Source of the DNA: a virus
IMG/VR virus record: IMGVR_UViG_3300032163_000008
Coordinates: 1-64,000 of that record
Length of the DNA stretch: 64,000 nucleotides
Direction: 5' to 3' (one strand)
The notes under the pieces are model-generated. The model made no database searches. It was given only the letters and a program-made list of their open reading frames with translations, and was not told the origin of the DNA. Position numbers and translations under genes: made by a program. Below, in pieces: positions 36,472 to 47,140 of this stretch (position 1 is the stretch's first letter; the number at the start of each line of letters is the position of its first letter).

Positions 36472-36948
36472 ATGGCATTGTTACACCCGATCGCGAATAA
36501 GTTAGATAGATACCAACCAGCATTTAAGAAAGTTCACTTTGAGGATATTCTCACAGATTTATCAACACAAATTGATAATATTGAAGTAGGAACAGTTGCA
36601 GATAACTCAATTACTGCAGCAAAATTAACAGCTGACTCTGTGTCGTCAGTGAAAATAATCAATGCAAACGTAACCCTAGCCAAATTGGCTCCTGGGATCA
36701 CTCCTTCACATATCGTTGTGAAAGCTGGGTCAATCACTTGGTCAGGAAGCGGAGCAAGTCTTGCAACAACAATTGCTGGAGTCGCTGCTACTGATATCGT
36801 TATGTGCACCATTGCTGTAGCTCCTACACAGGCTGCCTACATTAAAGCTGCTGCACCTACGCTGAACACGATCACAATTGTACTTTCTGCTGCAAACACA
36901 TCTAATGATGCTGAGATCAGTTACCAAGTATTAAGAGCCGCTGCATAG
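36472..36948 (+). CDS. virion structural protein (head decoration/fibre-like)
   Basis: own late promoter and terminator; ADNSITAAKL repeats. Confidence 0.75.
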   Translation: MALLHPIANKLDRYQPAFKKVHFEDILTDLSTQIDNIEVGTVADNSITAAKLTADSVSSVKIINANVTLAKLAPGITPSHIVVKAGSITWSGSGASLATTIAGVAATDIVMCTIAVAPTQAAYIKAAAPTLNTITIVLSAANTSNDAEISYQVLRAAA

Positions 36949-36972
36949 TAACTCTTAGTTAGTTTGATCTAC

Positions 36973-36999
36973 AAAAAGGCCTCTTCGGAGGCCTTTTTT
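36973..36999. terminator. bidirectional intrinsic terminator
   Basis: aaaaaggcctc-ttcg-gaggcctttttt. Confidence 0.9.
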
Positions 37000-37104
37000 A
37001 TTGTCTCCATCCCGTCTATAATTAAATTGAGTGGCATGCCAGCTCAAACCGGCGGTCACTTGGGCGTGAGCCCTAGCGAAATAATCAAATAAAAGGAGTC
37101 GAAG

Positions 37105-37428
37105 ATGAACAACAATAACCCCAATGCTAGAAATGGTTTATCACGCAGTGATATAGAATATAAGAAGTTTTTTAAAGATCAGTTTGGAATGCCCGCAATT
37201 AGAGTTGGAGCAGACGATATTGACACAGTTACTGCACTAGTCTATGTACAAGCAGCAGATATTAGTGCTGATTATATGGCAGGTAGTGTGGGACAAGTAA
37301 AGACTATTACTGAATACCAAGCTGGTGCTTTAACAGGAGCGCCTACTAAAGTAACAACTCTTACCTACACGGATCCAGTTTATACAACAAAGCCTACAGG
37401 TATTGTAGTGGTTCAAGGGACCCTATAA
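37105..37428 (+). CDS. virion structural protein
   Basis: late promoter at 37017, AAGGAG RBS. Confidence 0.7.
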   Translation: MNNNNPNARNGLSRSDIEYKKFFKDQFGMPAIRVGADDIDTVTALVYVQAADISADYMAGSVGQVKTITEYQAGALTGAPTKVTTLTYTDPVYTTKPTGIVVVQGTL

Positions 37429-37934
37429 TGAATGTCGTTGATATTGTAAAACAGAGTGTATTATTTCCTATAGCAGTGTCAAAATCTGCAGTAGGTCTAG
37501 ACAATGTAGATAACGTCAGACAAGTTGCACAATTTAATTCAGCAGTAGGTTCTAACCTATTCTCAGGCATCTACTTCAATATGACAATGAATAATAACCA
37601 AATTCACTTTGGTGATGTGTTGACAGTAGGAGCAGATGGCTACGCAGTACAAGCAAAAGCCGACAGTGCAACAACGCTGCCTGCCGTGTTTATGGCGTGT
37701 CAGACGGGCTTTGATCATCCACCACAACAAGCTCTTGTAATGAGTCAAGGGTTTCTAGATAAATCTACCTGGAGTTGGACTCCTGGACAGCTTTTATATG
37801 TATCTGATGCTACCGAAGGTCTTATGACCGCTACTAAGCCAGTAGGTGCAGGGAAGTTCGTGCAACCTGTAGCAATAGCTATGTCCGCTACCAGAATATT
37901 CTTCAATCCTAGTCTTAGCATGGTGGCGTTGTAG
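37428..37934 (+). CDS. structural protein with capsid-cement-like beta domain
   Basis: VGLDNVDN motif; WTPGQLLYVS..G..TATKP..FVQPVA. Confidence 0.7.
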   Translation: MNVVDIVKQSVLFPIAVSKSAVGLDNVDNVRQVAQFNSAVGSNLFSGIYFNMTMNNNQIHFGDVLTVGADGYAVQAKADSATTLPAVFMACQTGFDHPPQQALVMSQGFLDKSTWSWTPGQLLYVSDATEGLMTATKPVGAGKFVQPVAIAMSATRIFFNPSLSMVAL

Positions 37935-38473
37935 TGAATACATTGCCACAAGGATTTGGGATTAAAGAACTAGTGCCTCCTGAGACGTTTGCTCTCGGAG
38001 AGGATAAAGCTCTAGCTCTTATGGATCAAAGGCTACTAGATGTCTTAGGACAGCTTAAAGCTGCTTTTGGATACACCATGATCATTGACTCTTGGGGTTT
38101 TGCCTCTCGCAAGTATGACGAAGCTACAGGTAGCCCCTACAAGTACAGTGGTTATCGTCCCGTTGGCTGTAATGTCGGGGTTATTGGTGGAGCCCACTAC
38201 AAGGGAATGGCCGCCGATATAAAGTTTTACGATGCAACTGGGAAACGCATTCCTACGCAGACTATGCAGAAGCTTATTATACAGAATATGGCTAAGTTTC
38301 CTAAGCTAGTTGCTATGGAGCTTAATGTTAGTTGGAACCATATTGACGTTATGACAGAAAAAGATAGCTCTTCACGCGGTGGAGTAGTACCTGGAAAGAT
38401 TTTTATGTTTAATGTAACAGATAACAGTAAGAGCTGGACGGCTACAAAGCCAGAGGATTCAGCTCGAGTATAG
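37934..38473 (+). CDS. peptidase M15 family (Zn D,D/L,D-peptidase; endolysin-like)
   Basis: SGYRP..GAHYKGMAADI..WNHID (H-x6-D ... H). Confidence 0.85.
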   Translation: MNTLPQGFGIKELVPPETFALGEDKALALMDQRLLDVLGQLKAAFGYTMIIDSWGFASRKYDEATGSPYKYSGYRPVGCNVGVIGGAHYKGMAADIKFYDATGKRIPTQTMQKLIIQNMAKFPKLVAMELNVSWNHIDVMTEKDSSSRGGVVPGKIFMFNVTDNSKSWTATKPEDSARV

Positions 38474-38486
38474 AGAGGGAGCTAGT

Positions 38487-38822
38487 ATGAATTTAAACGC
38501 AGTAAGAGGAGATACTTTTACTCTACCCATTCAAATAAAGAACAATGGGATTCCTATGGATATCTCTGGATGGACCTTCTTCTTCACAATGAAGAACAAG
38601 ATTAACGATTCAGACGCTAATGCGGTGCTTAAGAGGGATATTGTTATACACGTGGATGCAAATCAAGGCAGAACTCAGTTAGTATTAAGTGCTACTGATA
38701 CAGCAAACTTTGTAGGAAGCTACGTATACGACTTTCAATTTAGGGACATAAATGGTAATGTTGGTACATTTTTGCTGGGAACTATGAATTTTGTAAAAGA
38801 CGTATCTAGGAGAATAGCATAA
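38487..38822 (+). CDS. BppU N-terminal-like adaptor/baseplate protein
   Basis: RGDTFTLPI..FTMK..LSATDT..GSYVYDFQ. Confidence 0.7.
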   Translation: MNLNAVRGDTFTLPIQIKNNGIPMDISGWTFFFTMKNKINDSDANAVLKRDIVIHVDANQGRTQLVLSATDTANFVGSYVYDFQFRDINGNVGTFLLGTMNFVKDVSRRIA

Positions 38823-41800
38823 TGGGAGTAATCACACCAGTTGAAGTAAGTTTAACACAACCAAATCCCATTATAGTGGACATCCTTAGCGATGGGTCCT
38901 TAATGGCTGGCTCAGGCTCAGGATCGGGAAGTACTATTAACGTATTCCAGCAATTTGGAGTATATAATAGCTTACTTCATGCCTACATAACTACAGACAA
39001 TTACAGACTAACGGTAGATGAGTACTTTAGCTGGCAGCAACCTATTATATCAATACTGAACACTCCTCCAGATCTTCCTACAGTAGGAGATAGGTACATA
39101 GTAGGAACTGCTCCTACAGATATTTGGACAGGGCATGAGAAGGCGATCGCATGGTTTGACGGGCTTAACTGGAATTATGACGTACCCTCAACTGGGTGGG
39201 TGGCGTTTAACTTAGCGACCCTATCTCTCTACTATTACACAGGGACTTGGGGTGCTTTAGACACTACAGTTAAGGCTGATAAGGTAGCTGGTGCGGTAGC
39301 TGGTAACTTTGCTGGGCTCGATGTTACAGGAAATTTAACGGATAGTGGTTTTGATTCGGCTAGTTTTGACCTTTCTGGTACAACTACAACTCATGCCAGC
39401 TTAACTACAACTCACGGAGTTAGTGGACACCTTGTTGGAACTACTGATATACAGACTCTAACTAATAAGACCTTAACAAGCCCCAAAATAAACGAAAATG
39501 TTGCTTTAGTAGCAACTTCAACGCTTCTCGACGACGCTGTAGCAAAAAGACACTCACAAAATACAGATACAGGTACAACAGCCAGTACCTTCGTCATTAA
39601 CTCCACCTCAGGAACAAAGAGACTAACTATAGACACCTCTACACTAACACATAACATGGTGTTCGATCCCACAGCGTATATAACTACCACTAGTATATCT
39701 ACCCTAACAAACAAGACTATCCTGGCTCCTTGGGGATTAGTGAGTAGTGATGTAGGCTTAGGAAGCGTAGACAATGTCCAACAGATGCCTTTATCCTACT
39801 TAGATGCAGATAGCGCATTAACAGCCAATAGTGATGTTAAAGTAGCGTCACAGAAGGCAACTAAGGCTTATGTAGATGCCGCTATTACTGGATTAAGCTG
39901 GAAGCAGTCAGTAAGACTCGCCACAGCCAGCTTAAATGTGACTCTAACAGGCACTCAAACCGTTGATGGAAAGTCAACTGTTCCTGGAGATCGAATCCTG
40001 GTTAAAGATCAATCGAATCCAGCTGCTAATGGCATATACGAGGCCTCTGCTGCGGGATGGACAAGATCCGCTGACGCTAATACCGCTAATGAACTCCTAC
40101 AGATGGCTGTATTTGTTCGTGAAGGTGATAGTTTGGCTGATACCGCATGGGTATTAACAAATAATAGTATTACATTAGAATCCACAGCTCTAACATACGC
40201 TCAGTTTGCTGGTAGCAGCACCTATGTTGGTGGCTATGGTATCCTTGTAAATGGTAACCAAATAAGAATCAACACAAATGTTACAACACTAACCGATATA
40301 CAGACTCTAACTAATAAGACTCTAACGAACCCCAAGATAAATGATGTGGTGGCTTTATCAGCTTCCTCAACAGCTATTGACGACGCAGTTACAAAGAAGC
40401 ATACTCAGAATACGGATACAGGAACTTCTTCTACCTCTTGGATAGTTAACTCAGCATCAGGTACTAAGCGATTTACGATAGATACGTCAGGGCTGTCAAC
40501 CGCCACAGTAATCGACGCTAGTAAGTTTGTTACTACTGATAATTCAGTAACACTAACAAATAAGACTCTTATTACTCCTCTAGGTCTTGTAAAGGGAGAC
40601 GTAGGCTTAGGAAGCGTAGACAATGTCCAACAGATGCCTTTATCCTACTTAGACATCGATGGCACTCTTACAGCTAATAGTGATATCAAAGTAGCTTCGC
40701 AAAAAGCGATCAAGACTTATGTAGATGCCCAAGTAGTGGGTACAGGACACCTACAGAACACCGACACAGGCACAGATAAAACCTCTTGGATTATTAATTC
40801 CACCTCAGGCACAAAGAAACTGACCCTTACAACAGCGGGATTATCGGCAAGCCTATCAATAGATGGCAATGACATCGTTACGAGATCTGCCGAACAAACC
40901 CTAACAAATAAGACTCTTATTACTCCTCTAGGCCTAGTGAGTAGTGACGTAGGTTTAGGAAATGTTACTAATGTGGCACAGATGCCTTTATCCTATCTAG
41001 ACATCGATGGTACTCTCACAGCCAATAGCGATACTAGAGTGGCTTCACAAAAGGCTGTTAAGACATATATTGACGCTCATGGATCAGGTGGAGGTCATGT
41101 ACAGAACACAGATACAGGCACTACACAGGTTACTTGGATCATAAACTCTACATCCCTTACGAAGAAGTTAACTCTCGATACAACAAACTTATCAGTAAAT
41201 ACTACAGTAGATGCTGTTAAGCTCGTAACAACGGACAGCGCGCAGACACTAACCAATAAAACAATTACAGCTCCTCTGGGATTAGTAAGCGGTGACGTAG
41301 GATTAGGAAATGTTACTAATGTAGCTCAGATGCCTCTGTCATATCTTGATACTGACGTGGCTCTAACAGCCAACAGCAATCTTAAAGTACCTTCTCAACA
41401 TGCCGTAAAGACTTATGTAGATAGTGTGCTTCAGGGTGTTGCTTGGAAGCAATCAGTAAAGCTCGTTACGGCAAACAATGAGCAAATGAACTTCGTTGGA
41501 CCAACCTTTGTCGATGGCAGACAAGCATCTAGTGGAGATCGAATCCTAGTTAAAGATCAACAGGATCCCGCTCAAAATGGTATTTGGGTAGTATCTAACA
41601 CTGGGTGGACAAGGGCTACTGACGCAGACACCCCGGCAAAGCTGCTACAAATGGCTGTGTTTGCTCGAGAAGGTATCACTAATGCAGATACTGGATGGAT
41701 GCTTAACGCTGATGCGATAACTATAGGCGTAACTCCACTTTTATATGGACAGATTGGTAGTGGTGCAGCATACACAGCAGGTACAGGAATATCAATAAGT

Positions 41801-41995
41801 GGTGTGCATGTAATTAGCATTAACTCTACTGTTGCAACTCTTACAGGAGTTCAAACCCTAACTAATAAGACTCTAACAAGTCCTAAAATTAATGAAGACG
41901 TAATATTAACGGCGACATCCACGCAATTAAACGCAGCAGTGGCCATAGCAACCAGCTACAATCTAGCCTTGGGCTGTGTAGTAATGAACTTATAG
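38822..41995 (+). CDS. fibre protein with DUF2793-like domain and internal repeats
   Basis: TPP..GDRYIVG..W.GH; repeated QTLTNKTL, HxQNTDTGT, WKQSV..GDRILVKDQ..NGIY. Confidence 0.8.
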   Translation: MGVITPVEVSLTQPNPIIVDILSDGSLMAGSGSGSGSTINVFQQFGVYNSLLHAYITTDNYRLTVDEYFSWQQPIISILNTPPDLPTVGDRYIVGTAPTDIWTGHEKAIAWFDGLNWNYDVPSTGWVAFNLATLSLYYYTGTWGALDTTVKADKVAGAVAGNFAGLDVTGNLTDSGFDSASFDLSGTTTTHASLTTTHGVSGHLVGTTDIQTLTNKTLTSPKINENVALVATSTLLDDAVAKRHSQNTDTGTTASTFVINSTSGTKRLTIDTSTLTHNMVFDPTAYITTTSISTLTNKTILAPWGLVSSDVGLGSVDNVQQMPLSYLDADSALTANSDVKVASQKATKAYVDAAITGLSWKQSVRLATASLNVTLTGTQTVDGKSTVPGDRILVKDQSNPAANGIYEASAAGWTRSADANTANELLQMAVFVREGDSLADTAWVLTNNSITLESTALTYAQFAGSSTYVGGYGILVNGNQIRINTNVTTLTDIQTLTNKTLTNPKINDVVALSASSTAIDDAVTKKHTQNTDTGTSSTSWIVNSASGTKRFTIDTSGLSTATVIDASKFVTTDNSVTLTNKTLITPLGLVKGDVGLGSVDNVQQMPLSYLDIDGTLTANSDIKVASQKAIKTYVDAQVVGTGHLQNTDTGTDKTSWIINSTSGTKKLTLTTAGLSASLSIDGNDIVTRSAEQTLTNKTLITPLGLVSSDVGLGNVTNVAQMPLSYLDIDGTLTANSDTRVASQKAVKTYIDAHGSGGGHVQNTDTGTTQVTWIINSTSLTKKLTLDTTNLSVNTTVDAVKLVTTDSAQTLTNKTITAPLGLVSGDVGLGNVTNVAQMPLSYLDTDVALTANSNLKVPSQHAVKTYVDSVLQGVAWKQSVKLVTANNEQMNFVGPTFVDGRQASSGDRILVKDQQDPAQNGIWVVSNTGWTRATDADTPAKLLQMAVFAREGITNADTGWMLNADAITIGVTPLLYGQIGSGAAYTAGTGISISGVHVISINSTVATLTGVQTLTNKTLTSPKINEDVILTATSTQLNAAVAIATSYNLALGCVVMNL

Positions 41996-42005
41996 AGGAA
42001 TATAA

Positions 42006-42482
42006 ATGACAAAAATATACGTACCGTCTTTATCTAATTTCGAGTGGCAGCCTACAGTTCTAGCTAAGGATGTTAACACTCCTCCCGTAGCCCCACAACC
42101 AGGGGACAGATATATTGTCGGAAGTCATCCCACAGGCATTTGGATAGGCAATCCTCTATGGATTGCTTGGTATACAGGCACTGAGTGGGAATATATCGAG
42201 CCTAAAAATGGTATGACTCTCTACATTGTAGACCTTGCAGGTCTTTATACATATCTCGACGGCTACTGGGTAGTTCTGCTAATGGGCAAGTACACATTCT
42301 ATCAGAATACCCTATCAGACACCTGGAATATCAACCATCCCCTTAAAACCACAGACCTTCAAGTTTCTATCTGGAGTGATACTAATACCTCTATTATTGC
42401 TAATATGCAAGTAATAGATGCGAATAATCTCATGCTTTCCTTCACATCGGAACAACAAGGGAGGGCTATACTGATAGGATAA
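42006..42482 (+). CDS. DUF2793-like structural protein
   Basis: WQP..TPP..GDRYIVG; C-terminal WNINHPL..G.A.LIG. Confidence 0.75.
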   Translation: MTKIYVPSLSNFEWQPTVLAKDVNTPPVAPQPGDRYIVGSHPTGIWIGNPLWIAWYTGTEWEYIEPKNGMTLYIVDLAGLYTYLDGYWVVLLMGKYTFYQNTLSDTWNINHPLKTTDLQVSIWSDTNTSIIANMQVIDANNLMLSFTSEQQGRAILIG

Positions 42483-42526
42483 CTGAACGATAATATAAGT
42501 AGCAGACTACAAAAAAGGAGAAAATA

Positions 42527-44281
42527 ATGGCCATAATCAATGCAGATGTAACCATCTATGGGCAGTTAGAATTAGGTAAAACAAACAAAGTAATATTAAG
42601 TAACGCATCGCAGACAGCGAACAGGACTTTCACGATTCCTGATACGGCAGGGGACATTGTTGTTGATGTAGCTTCTCAAACGCTTACAAACAAGACTCTC
42701 ACAAGTCCTAAAATCAACGAGAACGTAGTTCTCGCAGCAACTTCAACGACATTAGACGATGCCGTTGCTAAAAAGCACACACAAAATACAGACACAGGTA
42801 CAACTGATGCTGGATTTGTTATTAACAGTGGATCATCAGTTAAAAAGTTCACGATCACTACTGGTGGTCTAGCAGCAAACAGAAGCTTAGACGCAGCAGA
42901 TATCGTCGATCTCTCTACGAATCAGACTCTAACGACTAAGACAATCAACGCAACGAACAACACAATCAGTAATTTAACGACAGGGATGTTCGCAGCCGGC
43001 GTTATTGATACTGATGGAACTCTCGCGGCAAACTCCGATACGGTACTAGCTACTCAAAAAGCTATCGTAACATATGTAAATCATCAAATTGGTGATCAAA
43101 GCTTAAACGGCCTATCTGACGTTGTAATCGCTACTCCAACAGTAGCACAGATGATTCTGTTTGATGACTCTGATGCTCTTTGGAAAAATGTATCAATGTC
43201 TGGTGACGCTGTCACTACTAAGCTAGGCGTTGTTACAGTTTCGAAAATTGGTGGAAAATCAATTAGCCTTGCTAACTCATTCACTACTACAGGCAACTTC
43301 GCAGTTACCTTAGCAGCAGGAGCTACAACAAGCTTGACCCTTCCAGCTTCTGGAACTCTTGCAACTCTCGCTGGTGTTGAATCTTTCACAAACAAGACTC
43401 TTACAAGTCCTAAGATTAATGAAGATGTAGTACTTGCTTCTACATCAACTCAACTAGACAGTGCAGTTGCTCTAAAGCACACACAGAATACAGACACAGG
43501 TACAACTGCATCATCATTCAACATCCTTAGTGGTGGGACTGGTGTTAAGTTAAAGGTTGCAGCTGGTGGAGTTCTTGAGCTTCGTAATCTAGCAGATAAT
43601 GCTTACGCAGACTTCAAAGCAAAGAATGCTACATTCACAGGTAATGTAACACACATTGATTCAACAGACATCTTAATCGCTGACCCGATCATCACGTTGA
43701 ATTCAAACCTCGCTGATAATGCAAACAACGCAAGTGGTGGTATCGAAATCAAGAGACTTGATGACGAAACCGCAACAGGTAGAGCAATCGAATCAATCAC
43801 GAAGCTATCTAATGTTTTAGTAGTTAGTGATGCAGGTCATGGTATCGTAGCAAGTGATCGTATCCAACTCGTTGGATGTACTAACCCTCTAAATGATGGT
43901 TACTATGCAGTAGCAAGTATTGATGGCGCTTCGATCACAATCGACCCAGTCTTCCAAGAATTCGCTGCAGACCAAGCACTTCCAGCTGGTACGGTTGCTA
44001 AGGCAGTTAACGCTATTATCGAATGGAACGAAGGCGATAAATTATGGGAAGCTGGGTATAACACCCTTATTCTTCCAATTGTTCGTAGAGTCGTGATTCC
44101 AAAGACTTCTAGCACAACTTGGACACTAACACACAACTTAGGTGTAAAAGAGGTTTCAGTGGTAATTTATGCCTCTGATGACACTCAAGTTTACCCTGAT
44201 ACTGTTACGCTAACAAGTACTTCTGTTACGACAGTAACTTTCCATGACGCTCAAGCAGGATATGCAGTAGTTATTGGCTAG
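42527..44281 (+). CDS. fibre-like structural protein
   Basis: shares TNKTLTSPKINE and HTQNTDTGT modules with 38822; WTLTHNLG C-terminus. Confidence 0.8.
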   Translation: MAIINADVTIYGQLELGKTNKVILSNASQTANRTFTIPDTAGDIVVDVASQTLTNKTLTSPKINENVVLAATSTTLDDAVAKKHTQNTDTGTTDAGFVINSGSSVKKFTITTGGLAANRSLDAADIVDLSTNQTLTTKTINATNNTISNLTTGMFAAGVIDTDGTLAANSDTVLATQKAIVTYVNHQIGDQSLNGLSDVVIATPTVAQMILFDDSDALWKNVSMSGDAVTTKLGVVTVSKIGGKSISLANSFTTTGNFAVTLAAGATTSLTLPASGTLATLAGVESFTNKTLTSPKINEDVVLASTSTQLDSAVALKHTQNTDTGTTASSFNILSGGTGVKLKVAAGGVLELRNLADNAYADFKAKNATFTGNVTHIDSTDILIADPIITLNSNLADNANNASGGIEIKRLDDETATGRAIESITKLSNVLVVSDAGHGIVASDRIQLVGCTNPLNDGYYAVASIDGASITIDPVFQEFAADQALPAGTVAKAVNAIIEWNEGDKLWEAGYNTLILPIVRRVVIPKTSSTTWTLTHNLGVKEVSVVIYASDDTQVYPDTVTLTSTSVTTVTFHDAQAGYAVVIG

Positions 44282-44299
44282 TTTTAGGTAGACACAGCG

Positions 44300-44340
44300 A
44301 CCCCTTCGTGTATTGTAAAAAGTACACGAAGGGGTTTATA
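44300..44340 (+). terminator. hairpin/terminator
   Basis: accccttcgtgta...tacacgaaggggt. Confidence 0.7.
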
Positions 44341-44353
44341 TTAGGAGAAGTAC

Positions 44354-46747
44354 ATGCGGCATAATAGTTCGGACAGCTTTCAAGGCACAGTCAATAAAAT
44401 TACACTAACTCCACCAACTAATGGAGCTACCCTAACTTTAGCAGATGGCAAGACTCTAGCAGTTGACAATAGTTTAACTCTTAGTGGCACGGATGCTTCC
44501 ACATTAAATATTGGTACAGGTGGTACTCTAGGAACTGCAGCTTACACTGCCTCGACAGCATATGATGCTTCTGGAGCAGCAACTACCGCAGTCAGCAATC
44601 ACGCAGCATTACAAACGGGTGTTCATGGAATATCAATTACGGCTGCAAAAACTCTTACAGTTAGCAATAGTTTAACATTAGCAGGGACAGATGGCAACTC
44701 TCTGACTATCGGCGCTAGTGCATCAGTAGCTGGATCCAACACAGGCGATGTAACCCTAGCAACTAACCATGGCCTAGCTCTAACGAATCAGGTCATTGGA
44801 ATGGGTACACCTTCAAGTATAACTGACACATCGACAAACGCAGTAACAACGACAACGCACACTCATGCCATAACAGGTTTTGAGGTCACATCCAATAAAT
44901 CAAATAACATTGCAACGGATGCTGCTTCTACGACGAAGTATCCTTCTGTAAAAGCCATAAAGGACTATGCAGATGGATTGGTCGTAGGCCTTCTTGACTA
45001 CAGAGGTGGATACGATGCCTCAGTTAATACCTATCCAACAACGGGTGGGTCAGGGTCTGCTGGTGCGGTTCTAAAAGGTGATATGTATGTAATTTCCGTT
45101 GGTGGTACTCTTAGTGGAGTAGCAATTCAAGTTGGAGACATGATCATCGCAACCGTAGATACTCCTGGACAGACAGCAGGAAACTGGAATACCTTAAATA
45201 CGAACATATCCTACGTGGCAGAAGACGTCGCCAATAAAGTTACATCTCTATCAGGAGCTTCAACAAATACTCAGTATACTGGTGCAAAACTAGTTTACGA
45301 TCAATTGGCTCTAAAGGCTAACCTAATAAGCCCAGCATTTACAACGCCAAGCCTAGGTGTGGCGACAGCAACGTCTATCAACGGTGCAACAATCACATCA
45401 GGAACTCTAAATGGTTCTGTAACAGGGACAAACACAGGGGACGTCACACTAACAGTAAATAGTGGTATGGCTCTTACCGGTCAAGCCCTAAATATGGGTA
45501 CACCGTCCACTATCACATCAGCTACAACAAATAGCGTCACTACTACAACACATACACACGCTCTAACAGTTACGAAGTCCGATGTAGGACTAGGTTCTGT
45601 AGAAAACACAGCACTATCTACATGGGCAGGCACTGCTAATGTCATTACATTGGGAACAGTCACAACTGGTACATGGAATGCAGCAACTATTGCTGACGGG
45701 AAGATTGCCACAGCTCTTACAGGCAAGACATATAATGCTCTAACACTGACAGCACTAGCAACCGGATTTTCTATTGCTGGTGGAACGACATCAAAAACTC
45801 TAACAGTTTCAAATACTCTGACTCTTGCCGGTACGGATGGAACGACAATGACGTTTCCAACTACCTCAGCAACCTTAGCCAGAACGGATGCCGCTAATAC
45901 TTTCACAGGACACCAAACAATTGAAGGGGTAACTTCAACAGGTGCAACTGGCACAGGTAATCTAGTATTCAACGGTACTCCTACTCTATTAACTCCAGTA
46001 TTTACAGGTCTTCCAACAGGAACGGGTGTATCAAGCACTGCAACCGCTTCAACCCTAGTTGCTAGAGATGTGAATGGTATGACTACTGCTGCAGGACGTA
46101 TAACATCAGTAACCTCTACCGCTACAGCGGCCGGTACAACAACTCTAACTTCTAGTAGCAACTACTACCGGGAGTTCACGGGTACGACTACACAAACCCT
46201 GGTTCTTCCCAACGCAACGACACTATCTGTAGGAGCTGAATACAAGATATTTAATAACTCCACTGGTGGATCCATAACAATCAATGTAAATGGTGGAACA
46301 CTGCTTTTAACTCTAACGTCAGGATCAGTCGCTACTCTCCTTCTTACATCGAATGGATCTACAGCTGGTACTTGGGACACCACAGTAAATATCCCTGTAT
46401 ATAGTAATGAAGTCTATTCTGCTGCTACTTTTACTGGTACTGGTGCCGATGCTCTCGTTACTGGTATGGCGATAACTCCACCAGCGGGTATCTACAAGGT
46501 ATTTTTTGAAGCTCCCTGTGATTCAACAGTTGCGGGAGGTGTTAACGCAACACTTACCATTCGTGCTGGTGGGGTAGCAAACACTAACTCAACGAGGGCA
46601 TTGATGTTAAGAACGGCAGCTAGAGGATCAATAACTACGGCTGCAATAGTAACGGTTAACGGTTCTCAGGTAATAGATGTCTATGTTAATGCTCCGAATA
46701 CAGTAAGTGTTTACAATAGAAGACTTGAAGTAATAAGAATAGAGTAA
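44354..46747 (+). CDS. Thr/Gly-rich fibre protein
   Basis: NTGDVTLATNHGL and KSDVGLGSVENTALSTWAG modules. Confidence 0.8.
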   Translation: MRHNSSDSFQGTVNKITLTPPTNGATLTLADGKTLAVDNSLTLSGTDASTLNIGTGGTLGTAAYTASTAYDASGAATTAVSNHAALQTGVHGISITAAKTLTVSNSLTLAGTDGNSLTIGASASVAGSNTGDVTLATNHGLALTNQVIGMGTPSSITDTSTNAVTTTTHTHAITGFEVTSNKSNNIATDAASTTKYPSVKAIKDYADGLVVGLLDYRGGYDASVNTYPTTGGSGSAGAVLKGDMYVISVGGTLSGVAIQVGDMIIATVDTPGQTAGNWNTLNTNISYVAEDVANKVTSLSGASTNTQYTGAKLVYDQLALKANLISPAFTTPSLGVATATSINGATITSGTLNGSVTGTNTGDVTLTVNSGMALTGQALNMGTPSTITSATTNSVTTTTHTHALTVTKSDVGLGSVENTALSTWAGTANVITLGTVTTGTWNAATIADGKIATALTGKTYNALTLTALATGFSIAGGTTSKTLTVSNTLTLAGTDGTTMTFPTTSATLARTDAANTFTGHQTIEGVTSTGATGTGNLVFNGTPTLLTPVFTGLPTGTGVSSTATASTLVARDVNGMTTAAGRITSVTSTATAAGTTTLTSSSNYYREFTGTTTQTLVLPNATTLSVGAEYKIFNNSTGGSITINVNGGTLLLTLTSGSVATLLLTSNGSTAGTWDTTVNIPVYSNEVYSAATFTGTGADALVTGMAITPPAGIYKVFFEAPCDSTVAGGVNATLTIRAGGVANTNSTRALMLRTAARGSITTAAIVTVNGSQVIDVYVNAPNTVSVYNRRLEVIRIE

Positions 46748-46758
46748 AGGGGAGAAAA

Positions 46759-47028
46759 ATGGCAATTCAGTTAGAAAATTACGAGACACCGTTTGGATTT
46801 GTTATTCCATACGCATATTGTCGCTTAGACAGTATGATAGGAGATAAGTATACAGTCACAGCTAGGGTAAGAGCCTATACCACACCTACAGCTTTTGGTG
46901 AGGGTAAAGAGGGTGTACTTATGGGAGACTTTAGCTTCACTCCAGCAATGGATGCTGACAACTACATTGCCCAGGGCTATGGCTACTTAATGACTTTACC
47001 TCTGTTCTCTAGTGGAACATGGGTATAG
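46759..47028 (+). CDS. small fibre-associated protein
   Basis: GGAG RBS; NYIAQGYGYLMTLP C-terminus. Confidence 0.7.
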   Translation: MAIQLENYETPFGFVIPYAYCRLDSMIGDKYTVTARVRAYTTPTAFGEGKEGVLMGDFSFTPAMDADNYIAQGYGYLMTLPLFSSGTWV

Positions 47029-47140
47029 GGAGGGTGAATCCGGAGAAAGAGCTTATACGCAGCTTAACTAGACCATATAGTACTTCCATCAAGGTGTATA
47101 ATTAAGTAGATAAGTCACGTAAAGGAATTAAGCACTAAAG